Program-made: the position numbers and the translations under genes
In this document: positions 19,418-29,410 of the stretch, piece by piece
Layout of the letters: each line of letters begins with the position of its first letter
Position numbering within the stretch: the stretch's first letter is position 1
Source of the DNA: Clostridiales bacterium
Lineage (GTDB): Bacteria; Bacillota; Clostridia; Christensenellales; CAG-138
Direction: 5' to 3'
Length of the DNA: 64,000 nucleotides
NCBI GenBank assembly: GCA_004557245.1
Contig: SFEL01000014.1
Span: forward strand, 2,093-66,092
The notes under the pieces: generated by a model
What the model was told of the DNA's origin: nothing
What the model saw: only the letters and a program-made list of their open reading frames with translations
Databases searched by the model: none

Positions 19418-19972
19418 ATGGCAGAAAAGACCGATCTTAATAAGGTAGTGGATAAGGTGCTGGTAAGCGAGGAGGAACTGCAAAGGCGCATAGCCGAGCT
19501 GGGCGCTCAGCTTTCGGAGGATTACGAGGGCAAGGACGTGATATGCGTCTGCATACTCAGGGGCGCCGTCCACTTCTTTTCCGACCTTGTGCGGCATATG
19601 ACTTGTATGACAGAGCTGGACTTCATGTCCATATCCAGCTACGGCAACGGAAAGAGGACCTCCGGAATAGTGCGCATAGCCAAGGATATGGATACCAGCA
19701 TAACCGGCCGCCACGTGCTCATAATCGAGGACATAATGGACAGCGGCCATACCCTTAAGCACCTTAAGAAGGTACTGGAGGCAAGAGAGCCCGCGTCCCT
19801 TAAAATATGCTGCCTGCTGGATAAGCCTTCCCGCAGAGAATGCGATATCACACCGGACTATACCGGCTTCGTCATACCCAACGAATTCGTGTTGGGCTAC
19901 GGGTTGGACTTCAACAACTTCTACCGCAACCTGCCCTACGTGGGAGTTCTCAAGCCGGAATATTACGAATAA
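19418..19972 (+). CDS. hpt: Hypoxanthine phosphoribosyltransferase
   Basis: PRPP-binding motif VLIIEDIMDSGHT. Canonical tilS-hpt linkage. Confidence 0.93.
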   Translation: MAEKTDLNKVVDKVLVSEEELQRRIAELGAQLSEDYEGKDVICVCILRGAVHFFSDLVRHMTCMTELDFMSISSYGNGKRTSGIVRIAKDMDTSITGRHVLIIEDIMDSGHTLKHLKKVLEAREPASLKICCLLDKPSRRECDITPDYTGFVIPNEFVLGYGLDFNNFYRNLPYVGVLKPEYYE

Positions 19973-20088
19973 TAAAATTACGTAAATTCATAATTTGTTA
20001 ATAAAATCGTGGTTGGCCGCTTGTTGACAAAGCGCCAATCATGACGCAAAATGTATAAATCAACATATTGGATCGATAGGTAAGAAGT

Positions 20089-20853
20089 ATGAATAAGGAA
20101 GAGGAACGGATAAACGAGCTGGAAGAAAAGCTCTGGCAAAGCCAAGCGAAAGCCGGAAAGGCTCAGGAAGCTGTGGACAAGGCCCAAAGCACCCTCAGAA
20201 CCGTAAAGGATATGGGTGCGGCGGAAACCGTAATAACCGCAGCGGAGCAGGCCTTTGAAGCGGCAGAGGCCGACCTCGCCCATGCCGAGGAGGATATAAT
20301 AAAGGCAGAGGAGGAGCTGAAGGAGGCCAGGGAAGTTCAGGAGGACGAGACGGAGGAGCTCAAAGACGCAGCCGGGGACCAGCAGCCCAAAAAGAAGGGT
20401 AAGGCCGGCCTTGTCATAGGCATAATAGCCGCGGTGGCCCTTATAGGCGCGGGCGGATGGTATTATTATACAAACTTTATACAGGGCGCAAAGCAGAACG
20501 AAGAGCCCGTAGCAGATAGCCAGCCTCTGGAGATGCCGGACCTCACATACGAAGTTGCTGACGTAGCTCAGAGCATACTTAAAAATAAGGGCATCGATGC
20601 CGACATACTGTTCGTATCCTCCGAGAAGGTGCCAAAGGGTCTGGTCGCCCTGCAAAGCGTAAGTGCGGGACAGGAGATAGACGGCGACGAAAAGGTGACG
20701 GTGTACATAAGCCTGGGTCCCGCTCCCACGCCCACCCCGGAGCCCAGCCCCCTGCCTACTCCTACGCCAAAGGCCAGCCCCAAACCCCGCAGGACCAAGA
20801 TACCCGAGATAGTAATACCTCAGCCTGTAGTGACGCCCTGCCCCGTTGGGTGA
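20089..20853 (+). CDS. Membrane protein with N-terminal coiled-coil, single TM, PASTA-like domain and Pro-rich tail
   Basis: The N-terminus is rich in E, A and K. The TM segment is GLVIGIIAAVALIGAGGW. The segment PDLTYEVADVAQSILKNKGID..VPKGLVALQSVSAGQEIDGDEKVTVYISLG matches the PASTA pattern. Confidence 0.6.
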   Translation: MNKEEERINELEEKLWQSQAKAGKAQEAVDKAQSTLRTVKDMGAAETVITAAEQAFEAAEADLAHAEEDIIKAEEELKEAREVQEDETEELKDAAGDQQPKKKGKAGLVIGIIAAVALIGAGGWYYYTNFIQGAKQNEEPVADSQPLEMPDLTYEVADVAQSILKNKGIDADILFVSSEKVPKGLVALQSVSAGQEIDGDEKVTVYISLGPAPTPTPEPSPLPTPTPKASPKPRRTKIPEIVIPQPVVTPCPVG

Positions 20854-20960
20854 GGAGGCTAACCTTGACAGCCGGTTCGGCTGTGAGAGGGCGGAAGCCC
20901 AGGCAATGCAAATGCGGAAACCAAGGAAACATATAAAGCAACATATAAGGAGAAGATACC

Positions 20961-22160
20961 ATGAAGAAGTTGTCCCTGATAATGGCTGTGCTGATGGCAA
21001 TAGGCCTGTTCGCCGGCTGTGCGCAGCAGGAGAACGCCGAGCAGCTCCCCGGCGATGAAGAAGCTCCCGCCAAGGAATATCAGTATATCACTGCCGACGA
21101 AGTAAAGACAATGATAGAGAATGGTGACGAAAAGGTCATAGTTGATATACAGCCTGAGGAGTACTACGCCCAGGGCCATCTGCCCACCGCCATCGCCACC
21201 TACGCATATCCCGCGGATACAGGCGAGCTCAAGGCTAAGCTGGATACCGCCCTCGAAAAGATAGATGAGAAGGAAGGCCCCGTCATTATAGTGGGCCTGG
21301 GCGGCAAGACCGGCGCGGAAAACGCCTACGACTACTATGCGGAAAAGGGCGTTGACGAGAGCAGGCTGAGGATACTTGAGGGCGGCCAGATGAGCTGGCC
21401 TTATGAGGAGCTCAAGTGGTACAACATAGATTATCTCTATATCGCTCCCGACGATCTGGTAAAGCTGCTTGACGAAAACAAGAACGTCATGCTTATAGAT
21501 ATCCGTCAGAGCGAATATTACAACGCCGGCCACCTGCCCGGCTCCATACCCACCTATTCTTTCCCCAATACAAACAAGGAACAGTGGGACGCTCTGGACG
21601 AGCTGAACGAGCAGATAGAAAAGACACTTGACCCCATAGTGCTGATCTGCATGAGCGGCACCAATGGCGCGTATAACGCCATCAACCACTGGGCTACCAA
21701 GGGCATAGATCCCCGCAAGTTCTACGTACTTGAGGGCGGCGGCACCAACTGGCCTTATGGGGATATGCTGGAAGTGACCCCCAATTACCAGTACATCACC
21801 CCTGATGAGCTCAAGACCAAGATCGAGGCCAAGGAGGATATGCTGCTGCTCTCCGTACAGACCAGAGAAAGCTACAAGGAAGATGGCCATCTGGCAGGCT
21901 CCATAGAAACCAAGGCGTATCCTGCCAATACCGAGGACCTTCGCAAGAGACTGGATAAGGTAACGGATAAGCTTACCGAGAACGACCTGCCTATATATGT
22001 GATGTGCATGGAAGGCAAGGGCGGCGCGGAGAACGCCATAAGCTACTATGTAAACGAGAAAAAGATCGACCAGACCCGCTTCTATATTATCGAGGGCGGC
22101 ATAAAGGGCTGGCCCTTCCCGGAGATGCTGGAAAGCAGCAAGACAGAAGCAGAAGAATAA
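20961..22160 (+). CDS. Lipoprotein with three tandem rhodanese-like domains
   Basis: Lipobox LFAGC. There are three internal repeats of YxYI.PDE.k.....V.L.D...E.Y..GHLPG(S/T)I. Two have a Cys in the active-site loop position (ICMSG, MCMEG). Confidence 0.75.
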   Translation: MKKLSLIMAVLMAIGLFAGCAQQENAEQLPGDEEAPAKEYQYITADEVKTMIENGDEKVIVDIQPEEYYAQGHLPTAIATYAYPADTGELKAKLDTALEKIDEKEGPVIIVGLGGKTGAENAYDYYAEKGVDESRLRILEGGQMSWPYEELKWYNIDYLYIAPDDLVKLLDENKNVMLIDIRQSEYYNAGHLPGSIPTYSFPNTNKEQWDALDELNEQIEKTLDPIVLICMSGTNGAYNAINHWATKGIDPRKFYVLEGGGTNWPYGDMLEVTPNYQYITPDELKTKIEAKEDMLLLSVQTRESYKEDGHLAGSIETKAYPANTEDLRKRLDKVTDKLTENDLPIYVMCMEGKGGAENAISYYVNEKKIDQTRFYIIEGGIKGWPFPEMLESSKTEAEE

Positions 22161-22216
22161 TACGGCTGAATATAACTGCCCCGGGCGACCGGGGCAGTTA
22201 GTGTATCGAAAAGGCC

Positions 22217-22412
22217 AGTCTGTCAAAAAACCCCGGGGTTGATAAGGGGCCGCAGCCCCTTATTTTTAATCCGGCTCTGACGACATGTGCGTCAGAACGG
22301 ATGAAAACCTAGAGGTTTTCGCACCTTTCGGGTTTTGCCGCCCGGGAGCGAATGCGAGAGGCAAAACCCATAAAACTCGAAAAAGTGGCGTTTAGCCACT
22401 TTTTCGACAGTC
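22217..22412 (+). repeat. Multi-hairpin intergenic repeat element, copy 2 (subtype a, compact form)
   Basis: All five hairpin modules are present. The ends, AGTCTGTCAAAAAA...TTTTTCGACAGTC, form an imperfect terminal inverted repeat. Confidence 0.85.
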
Positions 22413-22459
22413 GCAAGCGGCGCACCCGAAAGGGTGCGCCGCCTGCATAAACGTTGTTA

Positions 22460-23707
22460 TTATTTCGCCTGAATTTTCTTCAGCCTTGCGAAGCGGGGCA
22501 GGCCGTTCTCAAGGGGGCGATCCGGGGTTCCCTGAATGAGGGGCAGGGCGTAGTCAATGAATTCCTTGTTCACGTTGTTGCCCTCGCGGTTGATCCATTC
22601 AAGGGGAACCTTCTTTTCGGTGTTGGCAACATCGGTAAGGTCCATGAGCTTTATGCCGCAGACGTAGTTGCCCTTTTCATCGTATTTGCGCTCAAAGCCT
22701 ACCATCTTGTCGGTGGTGCCGGATATGGCCTCCAGTACGGCGGTCTTGCCGGAGAGGAAGGATTCTTGGATATCGGTGAGGGAGGCTAGGTGCGCGCCGC
22801 AGCGCTGCATCAGAGAGAATTCTATGCCGCGGACCTTGCAGCCCATGGTGCCCTTGATGTAGTTGGCGAGGTAGGCGGCCAGGCCGCCCAGCTGCTTGTG
22901 GCCGAAGGCGTCCACGGGGGCGTTTTCCGCGCCGTATTCGGCGATGAGCTTGCCGGTGGAATCGTGTATACCCTCGGATACGGCGACTATGCACTTGCCG
23001 CTCCTGACGTATACGGCTTTTACGTCCTCCACGAACTTATTAAGGTCAAAGTCGCGCTCCGGCAGGTAGATGAGGTCGGGACCTTCGCCGCTTATATTGG
23101 CAAGGGAGGAGGCTGCGGTGAGCCAGCCGGCGTGGCGGCCCATTATCTCGATGACGCATACCATTCCGGTGTCGTAAACGCGGGCGTCCCTATATATCTC
23201 CATGCAGGTGGTGGCCACATACTTGGCGGCGGAAGCATAGCCGGGGCAGTGGTCGGTGCCGAACAGGTCGTTGTCTATTGTCTTAGGCACGCCCATTATG
23301 CGGCACTCGTAGCCCACGGACTGCATGTATTTGGATATCTTGTTGCAGGTGTCCATGGAGTCGTTGCCGCCGTTGTAGAAGAAGTAGCGCACGTCGTACT
23401 TCTTGAATATCTCCAGAATGCGCTTGTAATCAGAGTCGTCCTCGGCGCTGTCCTTGAGCTTGTAGCGGCAGGAGCCCAGAGCGGAGGATGGGGTGTAGAG
23501 CAGGTATTCGAGTTCCTTTGCGTCCTCCTGGCCCATATCGTAGAGCACGTCGTCCAACACGCCCTTTATGCCGTGGGCCGCGCCGTATACCTTGGTAATG
23601 CAGCCGGAATCAAGCGCGGTGCGGATAACGCCGTAAGCGCTGGCGTTTATTACAGAAGTGGGGCCGCCGGACTGGCCTATTATGCATGCGCCTTTAAGCT
23701 GTGACAT
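22460..23707 (-). CDS. pfp: Pyrophosphate-dependent 6-phosphofructokinase (415-aa PFK clade)
   Basis: N-terminus IGQSGGPTSVINAS, plus GGNDSMDT and PKTIDND motifs. The length is typical of PPi-PFK rather than the ~320-aa ATP-PFK. Confidence 0.8.
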   Translation of the reverse strand: MSQLKGACIIGQSGGPTSVINASAYGVIRTALDSGCITKVYGAAHGIKGVLDDVLYDMGQEDAKELEYLLYTPSSALGSCRYKLKDSAEDDSDYKRILEIFKKYDVRYFFYNGGNDSMDTCNKISKYMQSVGYECRIMGVPKTIDNDLFGTDHCPGYASAAKYVATTCMEIYRDARVYDTGMVCVIEIMGRHAGWLTAASSLANISGEGPDLIYLPERDFDLNKFVEDVKAVYVRSGKCIVAVSEGIHDSTGKLIAEYGAENAPVDAFGHKQLGGLAAYLANYIKGTMGCKVRGIEFSLMQRCGAHLASLTDIQESFLSGKTAVLEAISGTTDKMVGFERKYDEKGNYVCGIKLMDLTDVANTEKKVPLEWINREGNNVNKEFIDYALPLIQGTPDRPLENGLPRFARLKKIQAK

Positions 23708-23761
23708 TTATGATACCTCCAGAATTAAAATTCAAAAACTTTTCAGTCAGCATTATACCAT

Positions 23762-23797
23762 AAAAAAAGCCCGGTGAGTATTGTGCTCCGGGCTTTT
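23762..23797. terminator. Bidirectional intrinsic terminator (AAAAAAAGCCCGG-loop-CCGGGCTTTT)
   Basis: GC-rich hairpin flanked by an A-run and a T-run, lying between the start of pfp and the stop codon of the symporter gene (both minus strand). Confidence 0.6.
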
Positions 23798-23853
23798 GAC
23801 TATGATTTCACATTCGGTGTTTGCCGTGCAGGACAATTGCCTCAAAGCGGACC

Positions 23854-25110
23854 TTATGCCTCGCGCTTGGCGCTCTGCTTTTTCTGGAACCAGTCCTTGC
23901 CCTCGACGAAGCGGGCAACTATCATGGATGCCACAGTGTCGCCGGAGGCATTTATGCAGGTAGCAGGAGGATCCACCAGCGCGCCGATGGTGGCGATTAC
24001 GGGGAAGGCGATGCCCATCTGTTCGGGGAAGAACAGGGATACTATGACCATCTCCCCTACGAAGCCGCCGCCGGCCACGCCGGACATGGCTACTCCGGAG
24101 AATATGGCTATCATCAAGGCGGTCACATAGGTTCCTATACCCTCAAAGGGCATGCCGAAGAAGCCGAAGAGGAAGCTTATCTTGAGTATTGCGGAGAATA
24201 CTGAGCCGTCCATGTGCATGGTAGCGCCAAGGGGCAGCACTATGTCGCTTACGTCACGGGGTATTCCTATTTCCTCTGCGGCCTCCATATTGGCGGGTAT
24301 GGTGGCTATGGAGCTGCAGGTGCCGAGGGAGGTGACAGCGGGCTTGAGTATGTGCTGGAAAAGCTTTTTGGCGGCGCCCTTACCCCCTGCGAAGCGGGCA
24401 TATAGGGGGAAGGCTATAAAGAAGTACAGAACGCATAGAGGATAGTAGAGCAGCATGGCACGGCCAAAGTTGCCTATGAGGGTGGGGCCGAACTCGCCTA
24501 TGAGGGAGGCGAAGAAGGCGAAGAGGCCTATGGGCGCGTAGTACATCAGTATGCTCACGACCTTCATGATGATATCCGAAAGGTTATTGAGCAGCCGGCC
24601 CACGGCGCATTCCGGGCCGCCGCAAAGGGATATGCCAAAGCCGAATATTATTGCGGCCACTATAAGGGGCAGCATGTTGCTGCGGCTGAAAAGCTGCGGG
24701 AAGTCGCTTACCGTGAGGAAGCTTACAACAAGCTCGCCTACGGTCTTGGGCTCTCCCACTTCCTCGGCTGCTACCTCAAACGGGGTAAGCACGGGAGGAA
24801 ACAGCTTTACAGCGGCTATCATTATGATGCCGGCGATTATGCCGGTGACGATGAAGGTGACGAGAGTGGAACCCAGTATTTTGCCAAGCCGCTTCATGTT
24901 GGACATATTGCCGACGGCGGAGGATATGGAGATGAACACCATTGGCACCACCACTGTGAACATGGCATTTACGAATATATTGCCTAAAGGAGCAAACACG
25001 CCTGCCTTTTCGCCCAGCAGCGCGCCTGCTATACAGCCCAGTACTATGGAGCAGAGCAGTATGAGCGGGAAACGGTAACTCTTCCATACGGTAGACTTTT
25101 TCAATTCCAT
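23854..25110 (-). CDS. Dicarboxylate/amino acid:cation symporter (DAACS family)
   Basis: About 10 TM segments and DAACS-type motifs (SSIATIPA, GATMHMDG). The start is set at MELKK, which is preceded by AAGGAG. Confidence 0.88.
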   Translation of the reverse strand: MELKKSTVWKSYRFPLILLCSIVLGCIAGALLGEKAGVFAPLGNIFVNAMFTVVVPMVFISISSAVGNMSNMKRLGKILGSTLVTFIVTGIIAGIIMIAAVKLFPPVLTPFEVAAEEVGEPKTVGELVVSFLTVSDFPQLFSRSNMLPLIVAAIIFGFGISLCGGPECAVGRLLNNLSDIIMKVVSILMYYAPIGLFAFFASLIGEFGPTLIGNFGRAMLLYYPLCVLYFFIAFPLYARFAGGKGAAKKLFQHILKPAVTSLGTCSSIATIPANMEAAEEIGIPRDVSDIVLPLGATMHMDGSVFSAILKISFLFGFFGMPFEGIGTYVTALMIAIFSGVAMSGVAGGGFVGEMVIVSLFFPEQMGIAFPVIATIGALVDPPATCINASGDTVASMIVARFVEGKDWFQKKQSAKREA

Positions 25111-25213
25111 TTTAGTTCTCCTTTTATAAAAAATCGATGACAACAGTCTTTATAACATGTTATCACCGAAAAGAAGGGTTTAGTATTGCAATTGCTGCTG
25201 TCGGTATTGCGTT

Positions 25214-25975
25214 TTATACGGTATGCGGATATTCTGCGGCTCTGACGCTCACCTCGCCGCTGTAAAGCTCCTCGGTGCATCCGTCGTCAAAGCGGACGAT
25301 CAGGTGTCCCTGGGGGGTGACGTCTATGGCTGTGGCCTCGGGCTCACCCTCCCGCATGAGCACGACCCGTTTTCCGGTAAGCATGCTGCTGGCACGGTAT
25401 TCGCGGTATATGGAAGGGTCCGATGGGTTTGTCAGCGCCTTATACAGCTCATCCGCCATGGCTGCCGCCATTTCGTCTATGGATACGGGAGGCTGGGAAT
25501 CAGGATACAGGCTGCCCGCCTTTGCCGAAAGGCCGCCTGTAAATTCAGGGCTCTGGTAGTTCAGCCCCACTCCCACCGCCGCGTACCTCAGCTCATTTTT
25601 GCAAAGGGCGCCCTCGGCAAGTATACCGCAGACCTTTTTACCTCCCCAGTATATGTCGTTCACCCACTTTATGGCGGGGTCGAGGTTAAGCTTTTTCACC
25701 ATGGCCCTGCGCACAGCTACCGCCGCCGCCATGGTCAGGCAAACGGGGTCTGTGGGGCGTACCAGCATTGTCATGTATATGCCCCCCTCGGGGCTTTGGA
25801 AGCTCCTGCCGATGCGGCCGCGGCCGGAAAACTGCCGCCTTGCGAATATTACTGTGCCCTCCCTTGCGGTGGCCGCTATACTCTTTGCCTCAAGGTTGGT
25901 TGAGGGGGATGCCTCGAAAAATATGACGTCTATGGGAGATTTGATATAGCGCCTTATGCCCTGCTCCGTCAACAT
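25214..25975 (-). CDS. birA: Biotin--[acetyl-CoA-carboxylase] ligase (class I, no HTH)
   Basis: The GRGRIGRSFQSPEGG biotin-binding loop. 253 aa. Confidence 0.85.
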   Translation of the reverse strand: MLTEQGIRRYIKSPIDVIFFEASPSTNLEAKSIAATAREGTVIFARRQFSGRGRIGRSFQSPEGGIYMTMLVRPTDPVCLTMAAAVAVRRAMVKKLNLDPAIKWVNDIYWGGKKVCGILAEGALCKNELRYAAVGVGLNYQSPEFTGGLSAKAGSLYPDSQPPVSIDEMAAAMADELYKALTNPSDPSIYREYRASSMLTGKRVVLMREGEPEATAIDVTPQGHLIVRFDDGCTEELYSGEVSVRAAEYPHTV

Positions 25976-25976
25976 A

Positions 25977-26765
25977 TTACAGCCCCATTATTATTTGGTA
26001 TTCCTCCTGGGTTATGCCGCCCCTTTGCAGCGCCCCTTCGATCAGGTCGCGGCAGGCGCGCACGTCCGGGTCCCGGAGGTACTTGGCGTACTTGCGCGCC
26101 CAGTCCTCCAGCGCTTCGTGATACTCTGCAAACAGCACGCTGCGCCTTCCGTATTTTTCCATGGTGTTCCACAGGGCCTGTATGGCCATATGGCGCTCCT
26201 GCCTTGATACGGTGGACTGTATTCCCTTGTACTGATACTTCTTTATGTCCTCCGGCCCTACGCCGAAGCGGTCCACCAGATTTTCTATGATCAGGGCGCA
26301 GCCCAGTGCGTCGTCCAGGGAATCGTGGTGGTGCTCAAGGGGCAGCTTCAGCCCGGCGCAGAGGTCGTTGAGCTTATGGCTGCCGTAAAGCTCCTTGGGT
26401 ATGTGCTTTTTGGATTTCTGCAATGAGCAGATATAGGTTATCTCGGGTATGGGCAGGCCGTATACAGCAAGGGATTTGCATATGACCCCAAGGTCGAAGG
26501 GGGCGCTGTGAGCCGCCATTATTCCGTGGAAAAACGGCTCGATCTCGGGCCATATCTCGGGGAACAGAGGGGCGTCAGCCACCATGCCGGGGGTTATGCC
26601 GTGTATCTTTATGTTGTAGTCGTCAAAGTGCTCCCGGGGGTTCACCAGGAACTCCCGCCTGTAGACGGGAGTTCCGTATTCCATGTGTACTATGCCTATG
26701 GAGCATATGGAGTCGTTGTTGCGGTTGGGGGTTTCCACGTCTACCGCAGTGTACCTTTCAAGCAA
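25977..26765 (-). CDS. DEDDh-type 3'-5' exonuclease (DnaQ/PolIII epsilon-like) with extra C-terminal domain
   Basis: Exo I VDVETPN, Exo II AHSAPFDLGV and Exo III HHHDSLDDA motifs. Confidence 0.8.
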   Translation of the reverse strand: MLERYTAVDVETPNRNNDSICSIGIVHMEYGTPVYRREFLVNPREHFDDYNIKIHGITPGMVADAPLFPEIWPEIEPFFHGIMAAHSAPFDLGVICKSLAVYGLPIPEITYICSLQKSKKHIPKELYGSHKLNDLCAGLKLPLEHHHDSLDDALGCALIIENLVDRFGVGPEDIKKYQYKGIQSTVSRQERHMAIQALWNTMEKYGRRSVLFAEYHEALEDWARKYAKYLRDPDVRACRDLIEGALQRGGITQEEYQIIMGL

Positions 26766-26794
26766 AAGTCAAAGTGCCTTTCAGTTAAGTATGG

Positions 26795-27892
26795 TTATAT
26801 GCGTATGAGCTGGTATTCGCTGCTGCCCAGGCCTATCTTTTCGCCGTGTTCTATCTGCACCCGCCAGTTGGTGTTGGGGTGGACGTTGATAAAGTGGTCG
26901 TGGCAGCGGCATTCCATCTCACCCAGCACGCTTCTGGGATTGGGGGGCATGGCATTTGCCGCGTCCGCCGCAGCTATGTCTACGGCCACGGGGTCAAAGG
27001 AGGCGAACATGCCGATGTTGGGAACTATCGCCGCATCGTTTTCGGGGTGGCAGTCGCAGTTGGGGGAAATATCCGCCGCGATGCTTATGTGGAAATTCGG
27101 CTTATCCTTTACCACGGCATAGGCGTATTCCGCGATGCGCTTGTTTAGGCTGGTCTCGCTTGAGCTGTTGTCGGGCTGTATGGCGTCGAAGTTGCATATG
27201 GCTATGCAGCGGCCGCAGCCCACGCAGCTGCCGTGGTCTATAACGGCCTTGCTGTTTTCGTAATGTATGCCGTTGTTGGCGCATATATTTGCGCACATAT
27301 GGCAGCCGCGGCAGAGGTCTTGATCCACTACCGGCTTGCCGTCGTAGTGCATCTCCATCTTGCCCGCCCTTGAGCCTGAACCCATGCCGAGGTTTTTCAG
27401 CGCGCCGCCGAAGCCTGCTTCCTCGTGGCCCTTAAAGTGGTTGAGGCTTATTATTATGTCCGCGTCCGCTATGGCGCGGCCTATCTTAGCGGTCTTAACT
27501 TCTTCGCAGTCTATGGGTATATAGGCTTCGTCGGCGCCCTTTATGCCGTCGGCTATTATCACCTGGCAGCCGGTGGCGTAGGGGGTGTAGCCGTTTATAT
27601 ATGCGGTCTCTATGTGCTCAGGGGCGTTCTTGCGGGAGCCCACGTAGAGGGTGTTGCAGTCGGTAAGGAAGGGTATACCGCCACGCTCCTTTATGTAGGC
27701 TGCCAGAGCCCTCGCGTACTGCGGCCTGAGGTAGGCCAGGTTGCCAAGCTCGCCGAAGTGTATCTTGATGGCGACAAACTTATGGTCGAAGTCTATTGTG
27801 CCCAGGCCGGCCCTGTCTATAAGGCGGGTCAGCTTCTGGGGCAGGTTTTCCGTGAAGGATGTGCGCATATCCGTAAAGTAGACCTTTGACAT
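26795..27892 (-). CDS. DUF362 domain protein with 2x[4Fe-4S] ferredoxin insert
   Basis: The N-terminus VYFTDMRT...IKIHFGELGN is typical of DUF362. Two Cys clusters are present: CRGCHMCANIC and CVGCGRCIAIC. Confidence 0.85.
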   Translation of the reverse strand: MSKVYFTDMRTSFTENLPQKLTRLIDRAGLGTIDFDHKFVAIKIHFGELGNLAYLRPQYARALAAYIKERGGIPFLTDCNTLYVGSRKNAPEHIETAYINGYTPYATGCQVIIADGIKGADEAYIPIDCEEVKTAKIGRAIADADIIISLNHFKGHEEAGFGGALKNLGMGSGSRAGKMEMHYDGKPVVDQDLCRGCHMCANICANNGIHYENSKAVIDHGSCVGCGRCIAICNFDAIQPDNSSSETSLNKRIAEYAYAVVKDKPNFHISIAADISPNCDCHPENDAAIVPNIGMFASFDPVAVDIAAADAANAMPPNPRSVLGEMECRCHDHFINVHPNTNWRVQIEHGEKIGLGSSEYQLIRI

Positions 27893-27933
27893 ATCCGTTT
27901 CTCCCGATATTTATTATTTATTAGATTTATAAG

Positions 27934-28593
27934 CTAAAGCAGCAGCTCACGGAGCGCCGCCACGCTTTCGACTATGTACCTGGCTCCCGCCTGTTCCAGT
28001 TCCTCACGGCTGCCGTAGCCGTAGAGCACGCCGGCACAGTCCAGTCCGAAGGCCCCCGCCCCCTCCACGTCGTACCTCCTGTCTCCTATCATCAGTGTGT
28101 TTTCCGGCGCTGCATCGGGACAGGAGCGAAGCACATGGGCTATCACGTCCGCCTTTGTGGGTCTGCCCTCGTCCATGGTGTTGCCGCCTACGAAGTCAAA
28201 ATAACGGGCTATATCGAAGTGCTCCAGTATCCTGTGGGTGAAGTCCTCCGGCTTTGAGGTGGCCACCATGACCCGCCTGCCCGCGGCCTTCAGGTCACTG
28301 AGAAGCTCCGCTATGCCGGGATATATCTGGTTTTCAAATATGCCCTTTTCGGAAAAGTATTCCCGATAGTGCTTCAGCGCCTCCAGCGCCTGAAGGTTGG
28401 TCATGCCAAAGCCCTCCTCAAAGGAGCCTATGAGCGGCGGCCCTATCAGCCAGGTCAGCGTTGTCCTGTCCGTTACTTCTATGCCCATCTTGCATAGAGC
28501 GTACTGGGCGGCGGAGGTAATGCCCAATGCGGGGTCCGTGAGCGTACCGTCAAGATCGAACAAAAGGTTCTTGAATACCGCGCTTTTATCCAT
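27934..28593 (-). CDS. HAD-superfamily hydrolase (phosphoglycolate phosphatase-like)
   Basis: DLDGTLTD motif I and GDRRYD motif IV. The start is set at MDKSAVF, which overlaps the upstream NUDIX stop by 8 nt. Confidence 0.85.
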   Translation of the reverse strand: MDKSAVFKNLLFDLDGTLTDPALGITSAAQYALCKMGIEVTDRTTLTWLIGPPLIGSFEEGFGMTNLQALEALKHYREYFSEKGIFENQIYPGIAELLSDLKAAGRRVMVATSKPEDFTHRILEHFDIARYFDFVGGNTMDEGRPTKADVIAHVLRSCPDAAPENTLMIGDRRYDVEGAGAFGLDCAGVLYGYGSREELEQAGARYIVESVAALRELLL

Positions 28594-29155
28594 TTGCTTC
28601 CCGCTCCTGGCGCCTGAGGTATTCCGCCGCCTTGAACAGGCCGAATACCGTCTTGCCGTCGGAAATCTGGTCATTCATTATCATATCTATAAGCTGGCAC
28701 AGTGGCGTTTCCCGGTAGTCCAGAAATTCGTCCTCATCCGGGTGGGCATTGCCATAGCTCAGGCCCCTGGCAAGGTACACATATATACGCTCCGAAAGTA
28801 TGGCGGGGGAGGGTATGTATATGCCCAAAGGGACAAACTCCTTCGCCGTTACGCCTATCTCCTCCTTAAGCTCCCGCTTCGCCGCATCGAGAGGGTCTGT
28901 GTCGAAGGCCTCCAGCTTGCCTGCGGGTATCTCTGTCATCACCCTCTGCTGCGGGTAGCGGAACTGGCGCTCTATTATTACGCCGCCATTATCCGTGAGC
29001 GGCACCACGGCCACCGCGCCGCGGTGTTTAAGATAATCCCTCCGGGCGGTCTTTTTGTTGCAAAGCTCAACGGTATCGCTGTACACGTCGAATACCGGGC
29101 CGGAATACTGTATGGCGGAGGAAACCGTCCTTTCAAAAAGCCTGCTGTCGTCCAT
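28586..29155 (-). CDS. NUDIX hydrolase (ADP-ribose pyrophosphatase-like)
   Basis: Nudix box GKLEAFDTDPLDAAKRELKEEIG. The start is set at the ATG preceded by AGGAGGG. Confidence 0.85.
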   Translation of the reverse strand: MDDSRLFERTVSSAIQYSGPVFDVYSDTVELCNKKTARRDYLKHRGAVAVVPLTDNGGVIIERQFRYPQQRVMTEIPAGKLEAFDTDPLDAAKRELKEEIGVTAKEFVPLGIYIPSPAILSERIYVYLARGLSYGNAHPDEDEFLDYRETPLCQLIDMIMNDQISDGKTVFGLFKAAEYLRRQEREANG

Positions 29156-29410
29156 GTGACAACCCTCCTGCAATTCTCAGCAAAATCCATTATAGCATAT
29201 CACGGCGGTGCCATAAAAGCAAATAACGGCACACTTTTTTAACCTTTGGACAAAACCGGACAATAATTGTGCGAAAGGAGGCAAATGCCTACAAAAACAG
29301 CCAAATTTATTCCCTATCGCTGCGAAAATGGCGGTGCTAAAATCACAGCATACAGAAAACCGCATATACCGCAGGATAACCAAAAAATTACATTATTACG
29401 GAGGCACTAT

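Noticed and set aside
20859-22226. A 455-aa ORF on the minus strand. Similar long antisense ORFs occur at 35408-36877, 51928-53244, 62779-63894, 45930-47108, 44800-45942 and 22790-23704.
   Set aside because: Each lies exactly antisense to a gene with unmistakable homology: the rhodanese lipoprotein, nfnB, asnS, rpoB, rnfD/E, rnfC and pfp. Their translations are low-complexity (rich in Y, G, A, L, V and H) and lack RBS support. They are a by-product of the codon bias, which leaves the antisense frame free of stop codons.
29174-29410. Looked for sigma-H and 0A-box architecture upstream of spo0A. Also considered the 48-codon N-terminal extension in the ORF track.
   Set aside because: No exact TGNCGAA box or convincing sigma-H -35/-10 pair could be read. 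The extension lacks an RBS and homology, whereas MAKYR is preceded by GGAGG and matches the Spo0A receiver N-terminus.
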